From NCBI GenBank assembly GCA_031546825.1, contig JAVBJU010000002.1, positions 124,453-148,452 of the forward strand: a stretch of DNA of 24,000 nt, written 5' to 3'. The notes beneath the pieces are model-generated. The model did no database searches. It saw only the letters and a program-made list of their open reading frames with translations, and was not told the DNA's origin. Shown here piece after piece: positions 1-9,646 of the stretch. The translations under genes and the position numbers were made by a program. The stretch is from Microvirga sp. GTDB taxonomy: Bacteria; Pseudomonadota; Alphaproteobacteria; Rhizobiales; Beijerinckiaceae. Within the stretch, counting starts at the first letter, position 1, and the number at the start of each line of letters is the position of its first letter.

Positions 1-1
1 C

Positions 2-784
2 AACAACGCGGAAGCACAATATCATATTGCCTCCTTTTATGCCAAAGGCAGCAACGGCCTGCCAAAGAGCATTCCTAAAGCCCTCTATTGGTATAGAAAG
101 GCCGCGGCTCTCGGTTTTCCCGAAGCTCAGGAAGAACTCGGCCGTCGATATGGATACGGGGATGGCCTGAAGCAAAACCTCGACAAAGCGATTTACTGGA
201 TACGCAAATGCAAGGCACAAACGCTCTTTCGTGAGCTTTGGGAGAAATACCCGGATAAATGGGCGACGCTGCTGTTTCCCAATGCCATATCGGAGCTTTC
301 TTACGATGGAAAAGGCCGCAACCTGCGTATGTCAGGGCATCTTATTCATTTGACACCCGTGCGTTATTCTGTCGGAAGCGCGGGCGTTGCCTCGGATATG
401 ACTGTCTGTGGTCTGATCATCAAACGAGCTGGGCGAAAAACACAAGGTATCATGACCTATGGTGCGTGGAACCGTATTGTTGAAATGGATACCTGCGAAA
501 AATTTGTTGGTGCCGGCCTCATGCCTCCTCTCGAGGGGGCGAGCCGGATCGGTCTGATTTACTACGCCAGCAGCAACTCATCTCAAGGCGGGGCTGAGAC
601 CGGCCCCATGGTCCTGATAGAAGATCAAAAAACCCGAAAATGGCGTATCGACGAAGTTTCCTCCGAAGCCGTGACGGGTTTTGTGACAATTGATGGCGAA
701 GACAAGATGATTGAAACAATCGACGATATGCGTAAATTCCTGTCGCAGCCTACCGCGCCAGTTCCCGCAAGCCCAGCCGAATGA
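2..784 (+). CDS. Sel1-repeat (TPR-like) protein, 5'-truncated by window edge, with uncharacterised C-terminal region
   Basis: Frame 2 is open from base 2 to the stop at 782-784. It reads [69 protein letters not shown], with typical Sel1-like repeats. The ORF track lists only the internal ATG at 329. Confidence 0.85.
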   Translation, partial: NNAEAQYHIASFYAKGSNGLPKSIPKALYWYRKAAALGFPEAQEELGRRYGYGDGLKQNLDKAIYWIRKCKAQTLFRELWEKYPDKWATLLFPNAISELSYDGKGRNLRMSGHLIHLTPVRYSVGSAGVASDMTVCGLIIKRAGRKTQGIMTYGAWNRIVEMDTCEKFVGAGLMPPLEGASRIGLIYYASSNSSQGGAETGPMVLIEDQKTRKWRIDEVSSEAVTGFVTIDGEDKMIETIDDMRKFLSQPTAPVPASPAE

Positions 785-1367
785 GCACCTTGGCTTCGGC
801 CCCCTCTTCCGCCTGCTTGAGGGCGGCGGCGATTGCAGCGGAGGCTTGTGCGCGGGGGTAGCCGAGATTGACGAGGCCGGAAACCGCATCGGCTACCGCG
901 CCGGACGCGGTGTTGTCATCGAGGGAATCGGACAGTCGCACCAACGCCGGATCAACCGAAGAGAAGGCGGGCACCTTGTCTTTCAATTCGATGCAAAGGC
1001 GTTGCGCCAGCTTCGGCCCGACACCCGACGCCCGACCAACAGCGGCCTTATCGCCGGTTGCAATGGCGGTGGCCAGTGAGCCGGTGTCAAAAATCGAGAG
1101 AAGAGCAAGCGCCACCTTAGCGCCAACCCCCTGCACCGATTGCAGCAGCCGGAACCATTCGCGTTCATTGTCTGACTTGAAGCCGAAAAGGCGAATGGCG
1201 TCTTCGCGCACTTGCGTCTCGATGGAAAGCACCGCTGCCTCGCCCACGGGCGGCAGGTTTTGCAGGGTACGCGTCGAGCATTGCACCACATAGCCCACGC
1301 CATGCACGTCAAGAATGATGAAATCCTCGCCGTAGCTATCGATGACGCCTTTGAGTTTGCCGATCAC
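750..1367 (-). CDS. ruvA: Holliday junction branch migration protein RuvA
   Basis: Translation (V/M)[30 protein letters not shown]...[17 protein letters not shown]; likely GTG start at 1367; C-terminal UBA-like region [20 protein letters not shown]. Overlaps the convergent Sel1 gene by 35 bp. Confidence 0.95.
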   Translation of the reverse strand: MIGKLKGVIDSYGEDFIILDVHGVGYVVQCSTRTLQNLPPVGEAAVLSIETQVREDAIRLFGFKSDNEREWFRLLQSVQGVGAKVALALLSIFDTGSLATAIATGDKAAVGRASGVGPKLAQRLCIELKDKVPAFSSVDPALVRLSDSLDDNTASGAVADAVSGLVNLGYPRAQASAAIAAALKQAEEGAEAKVLIRLGLRELAR

Positions 1368-1474
1368 GTTTTGCCTCGCCGTGGGGGGAATCAATTGGAA
1401 TACTGTTGCTTATCTAGCATTGTTTGAAGCGGCGAAGGGGGCAGTCGTTTGCGAGCTCCACCGGGAAAACACGA

Positions 1475-2395
1475 TTACTTCGTGGCGGGTGGCGTATTGT
1501 CTTTCCCCTTGTTGCGGAATGCGGCGCAGACATCTTCTTCGGGAGCCCGGCCAATAAACCAGACATAATCATAGCGCCCCTTCGCCTGGGCCAGCACCTC
1601 GGCGGGCTTCACCAGCTCTTTACCGATATGGGTTTCCTGCAAGGTAATTGAAACCGTTGCGGCCCCCGTCTCCCGGTTCACCAGTAACGGCACGGAGACA
1701 TCTTTACGGCTATGGCCGCGCCCCGAATAGAACAGCACACGGGAGTGGTGAGCGAGAGCGGATCGAACCACAGACGCCATCGCCAAATCGCGGTTTGCCT
1801 GCGCGCGCCCGAATTTTTCCGCCTGTGCCTCGTTGAGCGCATTGCAATGGGCCTCATTCATCAACCCACCCCAGGTGCTGACGATCTGCCCGGCCTGATC
1901 GCCGAGACGCGGCGCAAGCTCATCGAGCGCTGGCGTCGGCGTGCCCTTGGGTTGGTCGGCACCGTAAACCGCATTGCCTCCCTTGAACGCCCCGCCATAG
2001 AGCGGCAGATAGACCGGCCATGCGGGCCAGCCGCTTTTGCCCCATTGCAGCGCCTCGCCCAGCCCTTTGGCATCACGCGGATGCTCTTTGCGGTAAGCGT
2101 CGATGATGGGTTGTTTTTCGGCGGCGACATGCTCAACCACAACGGCGCGTTTATCTCCACCGGCGCTATTCAGTTTTTGCAAAAGACAGGCAGCCGCATT
2201 GACATGTTCTTTGACACCATGGCGCTCGCCAACCGCAACGAGTTTGGCGCTATCAATCTCCTGCATCACCTTGTCAAAGGAAACGCTACGCCCATCGGCA
2301 ACCCGCACTATTTTACCACCGCAATCGGCGGCCAATGCGTTGGCAGGCAGGAGCCCGAAGGCAATGACAATTCCAGTCAGAAAGCGAGACCCCAT
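1475..2395 (-). CDS. ChaN-like (heme-binding uptake/Tiki superfamily) secreted or lipoprotein-like protein
   Basis: N-terminal signal-like segment MGSRFLTGIVIAFGLLPANALAA; VAVGERHGVKEHVNAAACLLQKL...VVVEHV and C-terminal ITLQETHIGKELVKPAE resemble ChaN-family proteins. Confidence 0.65.
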   Translation of the reverse strand: MGSRFLTGIVIAFGLLPANALAADCGGKIVRVADGRSVSFDKVMQEIDSAKLVAVGERHGVKEHVNAAACLLQKLNSAGGDKRAVVVEHVAAEKQPIIDAYRKEHPRDAKGLGEALQWGKSGWPAWPVYLPLYGGAFKGGNAVYGADQPKGTPTPALDELAPRLGDQAGQIVSTWGGLMNEAHCNALNEAQAEKFGRAQANRDLAMASVVRSALAHHSRVLFYSGRGHSRKDVSVPLLVNRETGAATVSITLQETHIGKELVKPAEVLAQAKGRYDYVWFIGRAPEEDVCAAFRNKGKDNTPPATK

Positions 2396-2409
2396 AGACT
2401 CCTCCTGTT

Positions 2410-2838
2410 TTATTCAAGCTCTAGCCAAAGGGTTTCTTCGGGATTGGGAATGAAGAGAAAAGATGTCCAGCAATCACTCATTTCCGTTCCAACTTCCGCG
2501 CCGCAAGCGCATATTCTGTTGGGCCCGTTGCATCCATCGAGACCACAACATCCGTTCAACCTTGAGCTGATTTTTGTGTAACCAACAGTTTCCAAAAGGT
2601 CTCTGTCTGTCATCCAAATTTGTGGGACATATTCAAGACGGCTCTCTGCGAAGCTTATGCCTGCGGATTTTCTATATGGAATGAGAGACTCGAAAGCGAA
2701 ACCCTCTTCCATAACGTGTTGGTTATCAATGAATTCTGGCTCGACCACATTCTCATCACCAAGACACAGAATCGCAACTGGTCGAGAAAGGGTAGTGTGG
2801 CATCGTTTGCAGATGAGCGCTTTGCGGTGTCCTACCAT
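2410..2838 (-). CDS. Conserved-looking Cys-rich hypothetical protein
   Basis: 142-aa ORF filling the gap between ruvC and the ChaN-like gene on the same strand (14 bp from the next start). Cys clusters: CKRC...NGCCGLDGCNGPNRICACG...SDCW. Confidence 0.6.
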   Translation of the reverse strand: MVGHRKALICKRCHTTLSRPVAILCLGDENVVEPEFIDNQHVMEEGFAFESLIPYRKSAGISFAESRLEYVPQIWMTDRDLLETVGYTKISSRLNGCCGLDGCNGPNRICACGAEVGTEMSDCWTSFLFIPNPEETLWLELE

Positions 2839-2876
2839 GCGTTTCTCCCGGTTCGCCTGCGCACGATATCGGGGAA

Positions 2877-3380
2877 TTACCGCGCCAGCAACGCCCGCGC
2901 CTTGCGATGGTGGGCGTGGGTGATGGCAATCGCCAGCGCGTCGGCGGCATCGGCTCCGTTATTATCGGCCTTGGGGAGCAGAACCTTGATCATTGCCTGG
3001 ATTTGCCGCTTGTCGGCGTGGCCGGAACCAACCACTGTTTTCTTGACCATATTGGCGGCGTATTCAGCCACCCGCAAATCGTGCAGGGCTGGCACAAGCA
3101 GCGCAATGCCGCGCGCCTGGCCGAGTTTGAGCGTGGCTTGGGCATCTTTGTTGACGAAAGTTTCTTCCACCGCCGCCTCGTCGGGCGAGAAGGAGCGAAT
3201 GACATCTTCGATGCCATCGTGCAACTGGCGCAACCGCTCCGCCAACGTCAGCTTGTCGTCGGAGAGAATGGTGCCGCAGCCGAGATAGGACAAGCGCGTG
3301 CCTTCAGTGACAATCACCCCCCACCCGGTGCGGCGCAGGCCGGGGTCTATCCCCAAGATACGGACGGGGGGCTCAGCCAT
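2877..3380 (-). CDS. ruvC: Crossover junction endodeoxyribonuclease RuvC
   Basis: [24 protein letters not shown]...[25 protein letters not shown]...[12 protein letters not shown]...[15 protein letters not shown], a diagnostic RuvC sequence. Confidence 0.97.
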   Translation of the reverse strand: MAEPPVRILGIDPGLRRTGWGVIVTEGTRLSYLGCGTILSDDKLTLAERLRQLHDGIEDVIRSFSPDEAAVEETFVNKDAQATLKLGQARGIALLVPALHDLRVAEYAANMVKKTVVGSGHADKRQIQAMIKVLLPKADNNGADAADALAIAITHAHHRKARALLAR

Positions 3381-3388
3381 GGGCGGGT

Positions 3389-4135
3389 TCAGCCGCCGAG
3401 CTTGGCGACGAGGGCCTCGGAAAGCTCGAAGTTGGAATAGACGTTCTGCACGTCGTCATGGTCCTGAATGGTTTCCATGAGCTTCATCAGCTTCTCACCG
3501 GTCTCGTCATCGACGGCGATGAGGTTTTGAGCCTTCCAGATCAGTTTCGAGGCCGTCGGCTCACCAAACTTGTCTTCAAGCGCTTTGCTGACTTCATTGA
3601 GCGCGGTGTGATCGCAATAGATCTCATGCCCGTGCTCGGACGATTCCACATCGGAGGCCCCGGCTTCAAGGGCCGCTTCAAACACCGCATCTGCGGCGGC
3701 GATGGTCGCCGGATACTCGATATAACCCACATGGTCGAACATGAATGAAACCGCGCCGGTTTCCGCCATGTTGCCACCGCTCTTGGTGAAGTAGGAGCGC
3801 ACATCGGCAGCGGTGCGGTTACGGTTGTCGGTCATCGCTTCGACGATGAGCGCCGTGCCGCCGGGGCCATAACCCTCATAGCGGATTTCATCATAGTTTT
3901 CGCTGTCGCCACCAATCGCCTTGTTGATGGCGCGGGTGATGTTGTCTTTCGGCATATTTTCGGCGCGCGCCGCCAGAATGGCCGAACGCAGGCGCGGGTT
4001 CATGGCCGGGTCTGGCGTGCCGAGTTTGGCGGCAACCGTGATTTCGCGGGCGAGCTTGGAAAAGACTTTCGAGCGCACCGCATCCACACGGCCCTTGCGG
4101 TGCATAATATTTTTAAACTGTGAATGGCCTGCCAT
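3389..4135 (-). CDS. YebC/PmpR family DNA-binding regulatory protein
   Basis: [39 protein letters not shown]...[29 protein letters not shown], a strong YebC signature. Confidence 0.96.
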   Translation of the reverse strand: MAGHSQFKNIMHRKGRVDAVRSKVFSKLAREITVAAKLGTPDPAMNPRLRSAILAARAENMPKDNITRAINKAIGGDSENYDEIRYEGYGPGGTALIVEAMTDNRNRTAADVRSYFTKSGGNMAETGAVSFMFDHVGYIEYPATIAAADAVFEAALEAGASDVESSEHGHEIYCDHTALNEVSKALEDKFGEPTASKLIWKAQNLIAVDDETGEKLMKLMETIQDHDDVQNVYSNFELSEALVAKLGG

Positions 4136-4403
4136 GATCAAAAACTCCGGTCATGAAAGCGGCTTCACCAATGCGGGCCGGTTTCGTGGAACCAGCGATG
4201 AGGCAACCGCTTGCGTAAATCAGATGATGGCTGCTTATAGGGCGAGATGCGGCAAACGCCAAGGGGAAGCCGTGTACGAAGCGCGGGATTGCCGAATTTT
4301 TGCGACGATACTTGAAAAAATTACCGCAATTCCTGCTTGAAAAATGCGTTTGCTCACGGCCCTGTTCTCTGCGACAAAGCCGCCCCGGAATATGAGTACC
4401 CCC

Positions 4404-5150
4404 ATGAGAAAATGGCTTGCCGCCCTCTCCGTTCTTTGTCTTTCATCCGCACCGGCTGTTGCGCAATCGCCCTGCGCTGCGGTCAGTTTTGAGAGCATTG
4501 ATTACACCATCTGCACGGCCCGCGCGGCAAAGGACGAGATCCGCCTGTTCCTCAATGGCCGTGATGGCAAACCCTATGGCGGGTTCCACGGCATCACCAA
4601 AGGGCTTGAACCCGGCAAGGTGCTTACCTTTGCCATGAATGCAGGCATGTATCATGCCAATCTCGCCCCCGTCGGGCTTTATGTCGAAAAGAGCAGCGAG
4701 ATCGGGCATCTCAATCTACGCTCTGGCCCCGGCAATTTTCACATGCGACCCAATGGCGTGTTTTATCTTGATGGCAAAACAGCGGGCGTCATGGAAGCGG
4801 AACGCTTCGGTAAAAGCGGCATCAGGCCGGTTTATGCGACGCAATCGGGCCCGATGCTGGTGATCGACGGCAAAATCCATCCCAAAATCCGCCCTTCCGG
4901 CACATCGGCCAAATTCCGCAACGGCGTTGGCGTCAGCGGCGACGGCACTGTATATTTCGTTATTTCCGACGAGACAGTCACTTTCCACGCCATAGCACGC
5001 CTGTTCCGAGACCGGCTCAAATGCGCCAATGCGCTTTATTTCGATGGCACGGTTTCAAGCCTTTATGCGCCCACACTCGGCAGAGACACCGACCCGTTCA
5101 TCTCGCTCGGCCCCATCGTCGGAGTGGTGGCAGGCAAGGGCCGGAAGTAA
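4404..5150 (+). CDS. Phosphodiester glycosidase family (DUF2233-like) secreted protein
   Basis: Signal peptide-like MRKWLAALSVLCLSSAPAVAQS; motifs FAMNAGMYHANLAPVGLYVE, NFHMRPNGVFYLDG, ATQSGPMLVIDGKIHP, RNGVGVSGDGTVYFVISDE. The ORF is open from 4344, so the start is uncertain. Confidence 0.8.
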   Translation: MRKWLAALSVLCLSSAPAVAQSPCAAVSFESIDYTICTARAAKDEIRLFLNGRDGKPYGGFHGITKGLEPGKVLTFAMNAGMYHANLAPVGLYVEKSSEIGHLNLRSGPGNFHMRPNGVFYLDGKTAGVMEAERFGKSGIRPVYATQSGPMLVIDGKIHPKIRPSGTSAKFRNGVGVSGDGTVYFVISDETVTFHAIARLFRDRLKCANALYFDGTVSSLYAPTLGRDTDPFISLGPIVGVVAGKGRK

Positions 5151-5153
5151 CCT

Positions 5154-5798
5154 CTACCGCGCCGCCAGCCGGTAATGCCCCGTGATCGGGTAGGAGAACA
5201 GAAACTCCTGCTCGCGCGCCCCGGCTCCCACATTGTGGATGACCAGCGGCGTCTTACGATCAGCGGCCAGACGATCTGACACGAGCATGATGTGCGGAAG
5301 GTTGCCCGGCAGCGTCACTGTGACAAGATCGCCCGCCTTATAGTCCGCCGCATTGGCGCTGACGGGAAGGCTTTTGCCCTTTCGGGTGAAAAACACGCGC
5401 AGGTTGGGCACGCGGCGATGGTCGATATTGCTGTCTGCGCCTTTGAGGCCCCAGTTTTTAGGGTACGCGCTGAAATTGGCCCGCATGTCCTCGTTGACCG
5501 TCTTCTGCAGGTCATAGCCAAAGGCATCGCGATAGGCACGGATCACCACATCGGTGCACACGCCCCGGTCGCGCGGCACATCGCCGCCGGGAAACCCGAT
5601 GCGTGCGTAAGTCGGCGTGTACAGCACCGTCACACCAACCTGACGGCGCGCAGCGGCGACCAGCGCCTGAGCGGTGGTTTCAGAAACGGCGGAAGCGGGA
5701 TTGGTTGCGGGGCCAGCGAGAGACGGTGTAGCGGCAAGCAATCCGCACACCACAAGCGCCCTAACCATCAAATGAGAGAACGGTGCACGAGTGTTCAT
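5154..5798 (-). CDS. DUF1287 family protein (predicted exported, Cys/His-containing)
   Basis: MNTRAPFSHLMVRALVVCGLLAATPSLA signal-like segment; QVGVTVLYTPTYARIGFPGGDVPRDRGVCTDVVIRAYR...PNLRVFFTRKGKSL...HIMLVSD...VIHNVGAGAREQ. Confidence 0.8.
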   Translation of the reverse strand: MNTRAPFSHLMVRALVVCGLLAATPSLAGPATNPASAVSETTAQALVAAARRQVGVTVLYTPTYARIGFPGGDVPRDRGVCTDVVIRAYRDAFGYDLQKTVNEDMRANFSAYPKNWGLKGADSNIDHRRVPNLRVFFTRKGKSLPVSANAADYKAGDLVTVTLPGNLPHIMLVSDRLAADRKTPLVIHNVGAGAREQEFLFSYPITGHYRLAAR

Positions 5799-5823
5799 GT
5801 CATCAACCTTGGCCATAAAACCT

Positions 5824-6726
5824 TCAGGCACCTGAAGGGCCAAATATGGCGCGCGCATGGCTGACCAAAGCCGAACAGAAATTTTCCGCAGCGGAAGACA
5901 GGCTGCGATCCACACGCCGGATCAAATGCACCTCACGAAACAACTCTTCCGCCAGGGGCCGCGTCACGAGATCGGGGTGGAGAAACTGATAAAGCGTCAG
6001 GCTCGGCACGAGGCTCACACCAAGCCCGGCGGCAATCAGCCCCATCATGGTGGTGAGTTGCTCGACCTCAAAGGTGTGGTAGCGGCCATCGGGTGGCAAT
6101 GCGTGGTCGAGCACCTGCCGAATGCTGGTGCGTTGTGAGAAATTAATGACCATATGACCGTCGAGATCGGTGAGGCGAATGCTCTCATGTTGCGCCAGCG
6201 GGTGGTCTTTGCGGCACACCAGATGGTAGCGTTCACTGCACAGCTTTTCGGAGCACAACTCATCATCATTGACGCGGAATGCGGTGAGGGCAAAGTCGGC
6301 AATATTGTCGTTGAGCATCTGCAGGCAGCGGTCAGATGGTGCATCATACAACTCGATCCGCACCTGCGGATAAGCACGACAGAAATCAGGCAATATCGCA
6401 GGCAGCCAGCTCACAGCCACCGAAGGCAGCGCCGCCACATAAACACGGCCGGTTTCACCGCGACCAATCGCTTTGATTTCCTTTTCAGAGTCTTCATAGA
6501 GGCGAATATGGCGCTGGGCGATAGCATGAAATGCCTCGCCATCCGGGGTGAGGTGAACGCTGCGGGTGTCGCGATCGAACAGGCGGAAACCAAGCTCGGT
6601 TTCCAATGCGTTGATCAAAGCGCTGAAAGCCGGTTGTGAGAGAAAAACAGCGGACGCCGCGCGGGTGAAATTGCGCTGCTCGCATAATGCCATGAAGGCC
6701 TTCAACTGCTTGATCGAAACATTCAC
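5824..6726 (-). CDS. LysR-family transcriptional regulator
   Basis: MNVSIKQLKAFMALCEQRNFTRAASAVFLSQPAFSALINALETELGFRLFDRDTRSVHLTPDGEAF, a classic LysR HTH. Confidence 0.96.
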   Translation of the reverse strand: MNVSIKQLKAFMALCEQRNFTRAASAVFLSQPAFSALINALETELGFRLFDRDTRSVHLTPDGEAFHAIAQRHIRLYEDSEKEIKAIGRGETGRVYVAALPSVAVSWLPAILPDFCRAYPQVRIELYDAPSDRCLQMLNDNIADFALTAFRVNDDELCSEKLCSERYHLVCRKDHPLAQHESIRLTDLDGHMVINFSQRTSIRQVLDHALPPDGRYHTFEVEQLTTMMGLIAAGLGVSLVPSLTLYQFLHPDLVTRPLAEELFREVHLIRRVDRSLSSAAENFCSALVSHARAIFGPSGA

Positions 6727-6979
6727 GGCGGTATCTCCCTATAAAGCGCGCGCGCCACAACCATCGATAACCCGCTGGAAACGCAGTCCCCTCCCAATTT
6801 CTTCCCATATCCCTTTGTTTTTAAACATTTATTTGATCGACAAATCCAGTGATCCAAACTCTGAATTTCTCTTGGGACGACAGGCTCTTTATACCTCAGT
6901 CTAGTAATTAGTTCGCCCGTATTAGCAACGCTTAATACTGAGTATACAGCGCCAATCAAAATAATTCAAGGAGCATTTC

Positions 6980-8293
6980 ATGCTAGCAACGCTGGGTATC
7001 TGTACTATCTTTATAGTATTATTAGCAATTCTTACAAATAGAGCATCTCCTCTTGTTGCTCTTATTGCCGTTCCTATTATCGCAGCGCTGATAGGAGGCT
7101 TTGGCTTCGCAACGAGCGGCTTCATCATCAAAGGGATTACATCCATCGCGCCGATTGCTGCGATGTTCGTCTTCGCCATTATCTTCTTCGGCGTGATGAC
7201 AGATGCTGGAATGCTCGACCCCATCATCGACGGCATTCTCAAAAGCGTCGGCGCCAAGCCCGCGCGCATTACCATGGGCACGGCACTGCTGTCGCTTTTG
7301 ATTCACCTCGATGGTTCGGGGGCTATCTGCTTCCTGATTACCGTTCCTGCCATGCTCCCTCTTTATGATCGTCTTGGCATGGATCGGCGTATTCTCGCCT
7401 GCATGGCCGCTCTTCCCGCAGGCGTCAATTTCCTGCCATGGACAGGCCCGACAATTCGTTCGTCGGCAGCCCTCCATATCCCAACCATTGATATTTTCAA
7501 ACCTATCCTGATCCCGCAACTCGTCGGCTTGGTCTTTGTGTTTGTCATCGCTTATTGGCTTGGCAAAAAGGAAGAGCGCCGCCTGGGCCTCAACAATTCC
7601 CGGATGAGCGCTGAACAGCTCCAGTCGCTGGTTGCGACCCGCACATTAACCGACGAAGAGAAAAAAATACGTCGCCCGAAAATGTTCGTGCCAAACCTGC
7701 TCATGACGGCGGTCGTGATGGTGATCATGATCGGTGGCTGGGTTGACCCAACTGTGATGTTCATGGTCGGCACCGTTTTGGCCCTGATGATGAACTATCC
7801 CGATGTTAAGATGCAGAAGGCTCGTGTTGATGCCCATGCCAAGGCGGCGCTCATGATGGCAAGCATTCTCCTTGCGGCTGGCTGCTTCACCGGCATCATG
7901 ACCAATACGGGTATGCTCACAGCCATTGCGAAAGCCGCCGTGTCGGTGGTTCCGCCAGACATGGCACAGCATATACCATTTGTGCTTGGTCTGGTCTCCA
8001 TGCCGCTCAGCCTGCTGTTTGACCCGGATTCGTTCTATCTCGGCGTGATGCCGGTTATCGCCGAAGTCTACAAATCGTTTGGTGGCGATCCGATCCACAT
8101 TGCTCAGGCGGCGATCTTCGGCCTGCACACCACCGGCTTCCCGGTCAGCCCGCTCACGCCCGCAACCTTCCTTCTCGTAGGCCTGTCCGGTATCGAGCTT
8201 AGTGCTCATCAGCGCTTCAGCTTCAAATACCTTTATGCCGCCACCGTCGTTATGACCTTCACTGCGGTCATCATCGGCGTCATCCCGCTATAA
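6980..8293 (+). CDS. CitMHS family (citrate/hydroxy-acid type) transporter
   Basis: 437-aa polytopic hydrophobic protein MLATLGICTIFIVLLAILTNRASPLVALIAVPIIAAL...GVMTDAGMLDPIIDGIL...LDGSGAICFLITVPAMLPLYDRLGM; SD AAGGAG upstream. Confidence 0.85.
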   Translation: MLATLGICTIFIVLLAILTNRASPLVALIAVPIIAALIGGFGFATSGFIIKGITSIAPIAAMFVFAIIFFGVMTDAGMLDPIIDGILKSVGAKPARITMGTALLSLLIHLDGSGAICFLITVPAMLPLYDRLGMDRRILACMAALPAGVNFLPWTGPTIRSSAALHIPTIDIFKPILIPQLVGLVFVFVIAYWLGKKEERRLGLNNSRMSAEQLQSLVATRTLTDEEKKIRRPKMFVPNLLMTAVVMVIMIGGWVDPTVMFMVGTVLALMMNYPDVKMQKARVDAHAKAALMMASILLAAGCFTGIMTNTGMLTAIAKAAVSVVPPDMAQHIPFVLGLVSMPLSLLFDPDSFYLGVMPVIAEVYKSFGGDPIHIAQAAIFGLHTTGFPVSPLTPATFLLVGLSGIELSAHQRFSFKYLYAATVVMTFTAVIIGVIPL

Positions 8294-8307
8294 TCCGAGG
8301 TGTTACC

Positions 8308-9645
8308 ATGAAAACAATCCGTATCGGATCGGCTGCTGGCTATTCCGGCGACCGCATAGAACCCGCGGTGGAGCTCGCTGAAAAAGGCAATTTGAACTAT
8401 CTCGTGTTCGAATGCCTTGCCGAGCGCACCATCGCCATCGCCCAGCAGGCCAAGATGAATGACCCGACCAAGGGCTACGACGCCCTTCTGGTCGAGCGCA
8501 TGCAGGCTGTGCTCAAGCTGTGCCATGAGCGCGGCATCAAGATCATCACCAATATGGGCGCAGCCAACCCGCAGGCTGGTGCGCAAAAGGTGGTTGAGGT
8601 TGCCCGTTCACTCGGCATCAAGAACCTCAAGGTCGCAGCTGTTTCCGGCGATGACGTGCTCGCGGAACTCAAGGCAGGCAGCTATACCATCGAAGAAACC
8701 GGGAAGCCGGTTAAAGAGATGGAAAACAGCCTCGTCTCGGCCAATGCCTATATGGGCGCTGAACCGCTTGTTCAGGCACTGAAAGACGGCGCTGATGTCA
8801 TCATCACCGGGCGCGTTGCCGACCCGTCGCTGTTCCTTGCGCCGCAGATCCATGAATTTGGCTGGGCTCTCGACGATTGGGAGCGTCTGGGTCGCGGCAC
8901 CGTGACCGGGCATCTGCTCGAATGCGCGGGCCAAATCACCGGCGGCTACTACGCCGATCCCGGCAAGAAGGACATTCCTGGCCTTGCCCGCCTCGGCTTC
9001 CCGCTGGCGGAGATCGACCAAGATGGCCACGTCGTCATCACCAAGGTTGATGGCTCCGGCGGCATGGTGGCGGAATCCACCTGCAAAGAGCAGATGCTCT
9101 ATGAGTTGCACGACCCCGTGGCCTACCTCACCCCGGACGTGACCGCCGATTTCTCCGGCGTCACGTTCCATCAGGACGGCAAAGACCGTGTCCGCGTTCA
9201 AGGTGCTAAGGGGCGCGCACGCCCTGACACACTGAAGGTTTCGGTTGGCTTTGTTGATAGCTATGTCGGTGAAGGGCAAATGTCCTATGCCGGTCCCAAT
9301 GCGCTGGCGCGGGCCAAACTTGCCCTCGACATCGTGCGCGAACGGTTGAAGCTCACCGGTGTGCAGACCACCGAATTGCGTTTCGATCTCATCGGCGTCA
9401 ATTCGATTCACGGCGACAAGCTGTCAGAAGGCTCTGAGCCCTATGAAGTGCGCATCCGTGTCACCGGTCGCACCGAGAACATGAAGGAAGCGGTGCGCAT
9501 CGGCAATGAAGTCGAGACGCTCTACACCAACGGCCCGGCGGGCGGCGGCGGCGCATTCAAATCAGCGCGCCAGATCGTTGCCATGGGCTCGGCTTATCTA
9601 CCGCGCGCGAAAGCCGTGCCGGTTGTCGAATATATGGAGGCCTGA
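8308..9645 (+). CDS. Acyclic terpene utilization AtuA family / DUF1446-like protein
   Basis: MKTIRIGSAAGYSGDRIEPAVELAEKGNLNYLVFECLAERTIAIAQ...ITNMGAANPQAGAQKV...DVIITGRVADPSLFLAP...TGHLLECAGQITGGYYADPG. Confidence 0.85.
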   Translation: MKTIRIGSAAGYSGDRIEPAVELAEKGNLNYLVFECLAERTIAIAQQAKMNDPTKGYDALLVERMQAVLKLCHERGIKIITNMGAANPQAGAQKVVEVARSLGIKNLKVAAVSGDDVLAELKAGSYTIEETGKPVKEMENSLVSANAYMGAEPLVQALKDGADVIITGRVADPSLFLAPQIHEFGWALDDWERLGRGTVTGHLLECAGQITGGYYADPGKKDIPGLARLGFPLAEIDQDGHVVITKVDGSGGMVAESTCKEQMLYELHDPVAYLTPDVTADFSGVTFHQDGKDRVRVQGAKGRARPDTLKVSVGFVDSYVGEGQMSYAGPNALARAKLALDIVRERLKLTGVQTTELRFDLIGVNSIHGDKLSEGSEPYEVRIRVTGRTENMKEAVRIGNEVETLYTNGPAGGGGAFKSARQIVAMGSAYLPRAKAVPVVEYMEA

Positions 9646-9646
9646 G

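Noticed and set aside
868-1293. 141-aa plus-strand ORF antisense to ruvA
   Set aside because: Shadow ORF of a strongly identified conserved gene; low-complexity composition and no recognisable domain.
1712-2581. 289-aa plus-strand ORF antisense to the ChaN-like gene
   Set aside because: The opposite strand has a signal peptide and family-like motifs; the antisense translation shows none.
2620-3288. 222-aa plus-strand ORF antisense to ruvC
   Set aside because: RuvC on the minus strand is unambiguous; this is a high-GC mirror ORF.
7646-8209. His-rich 187-aa minus-strand ORF within the CitMHS gene
   Set aside because: Antisense to transmembrane-coding sequence; His/Arg-rich composition is typical of mirror ORFs.
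8608-9411. 267-aa minus-strand ORF within the AtuA-like gene
   Set aside because: Shadow ORF with no motif support.
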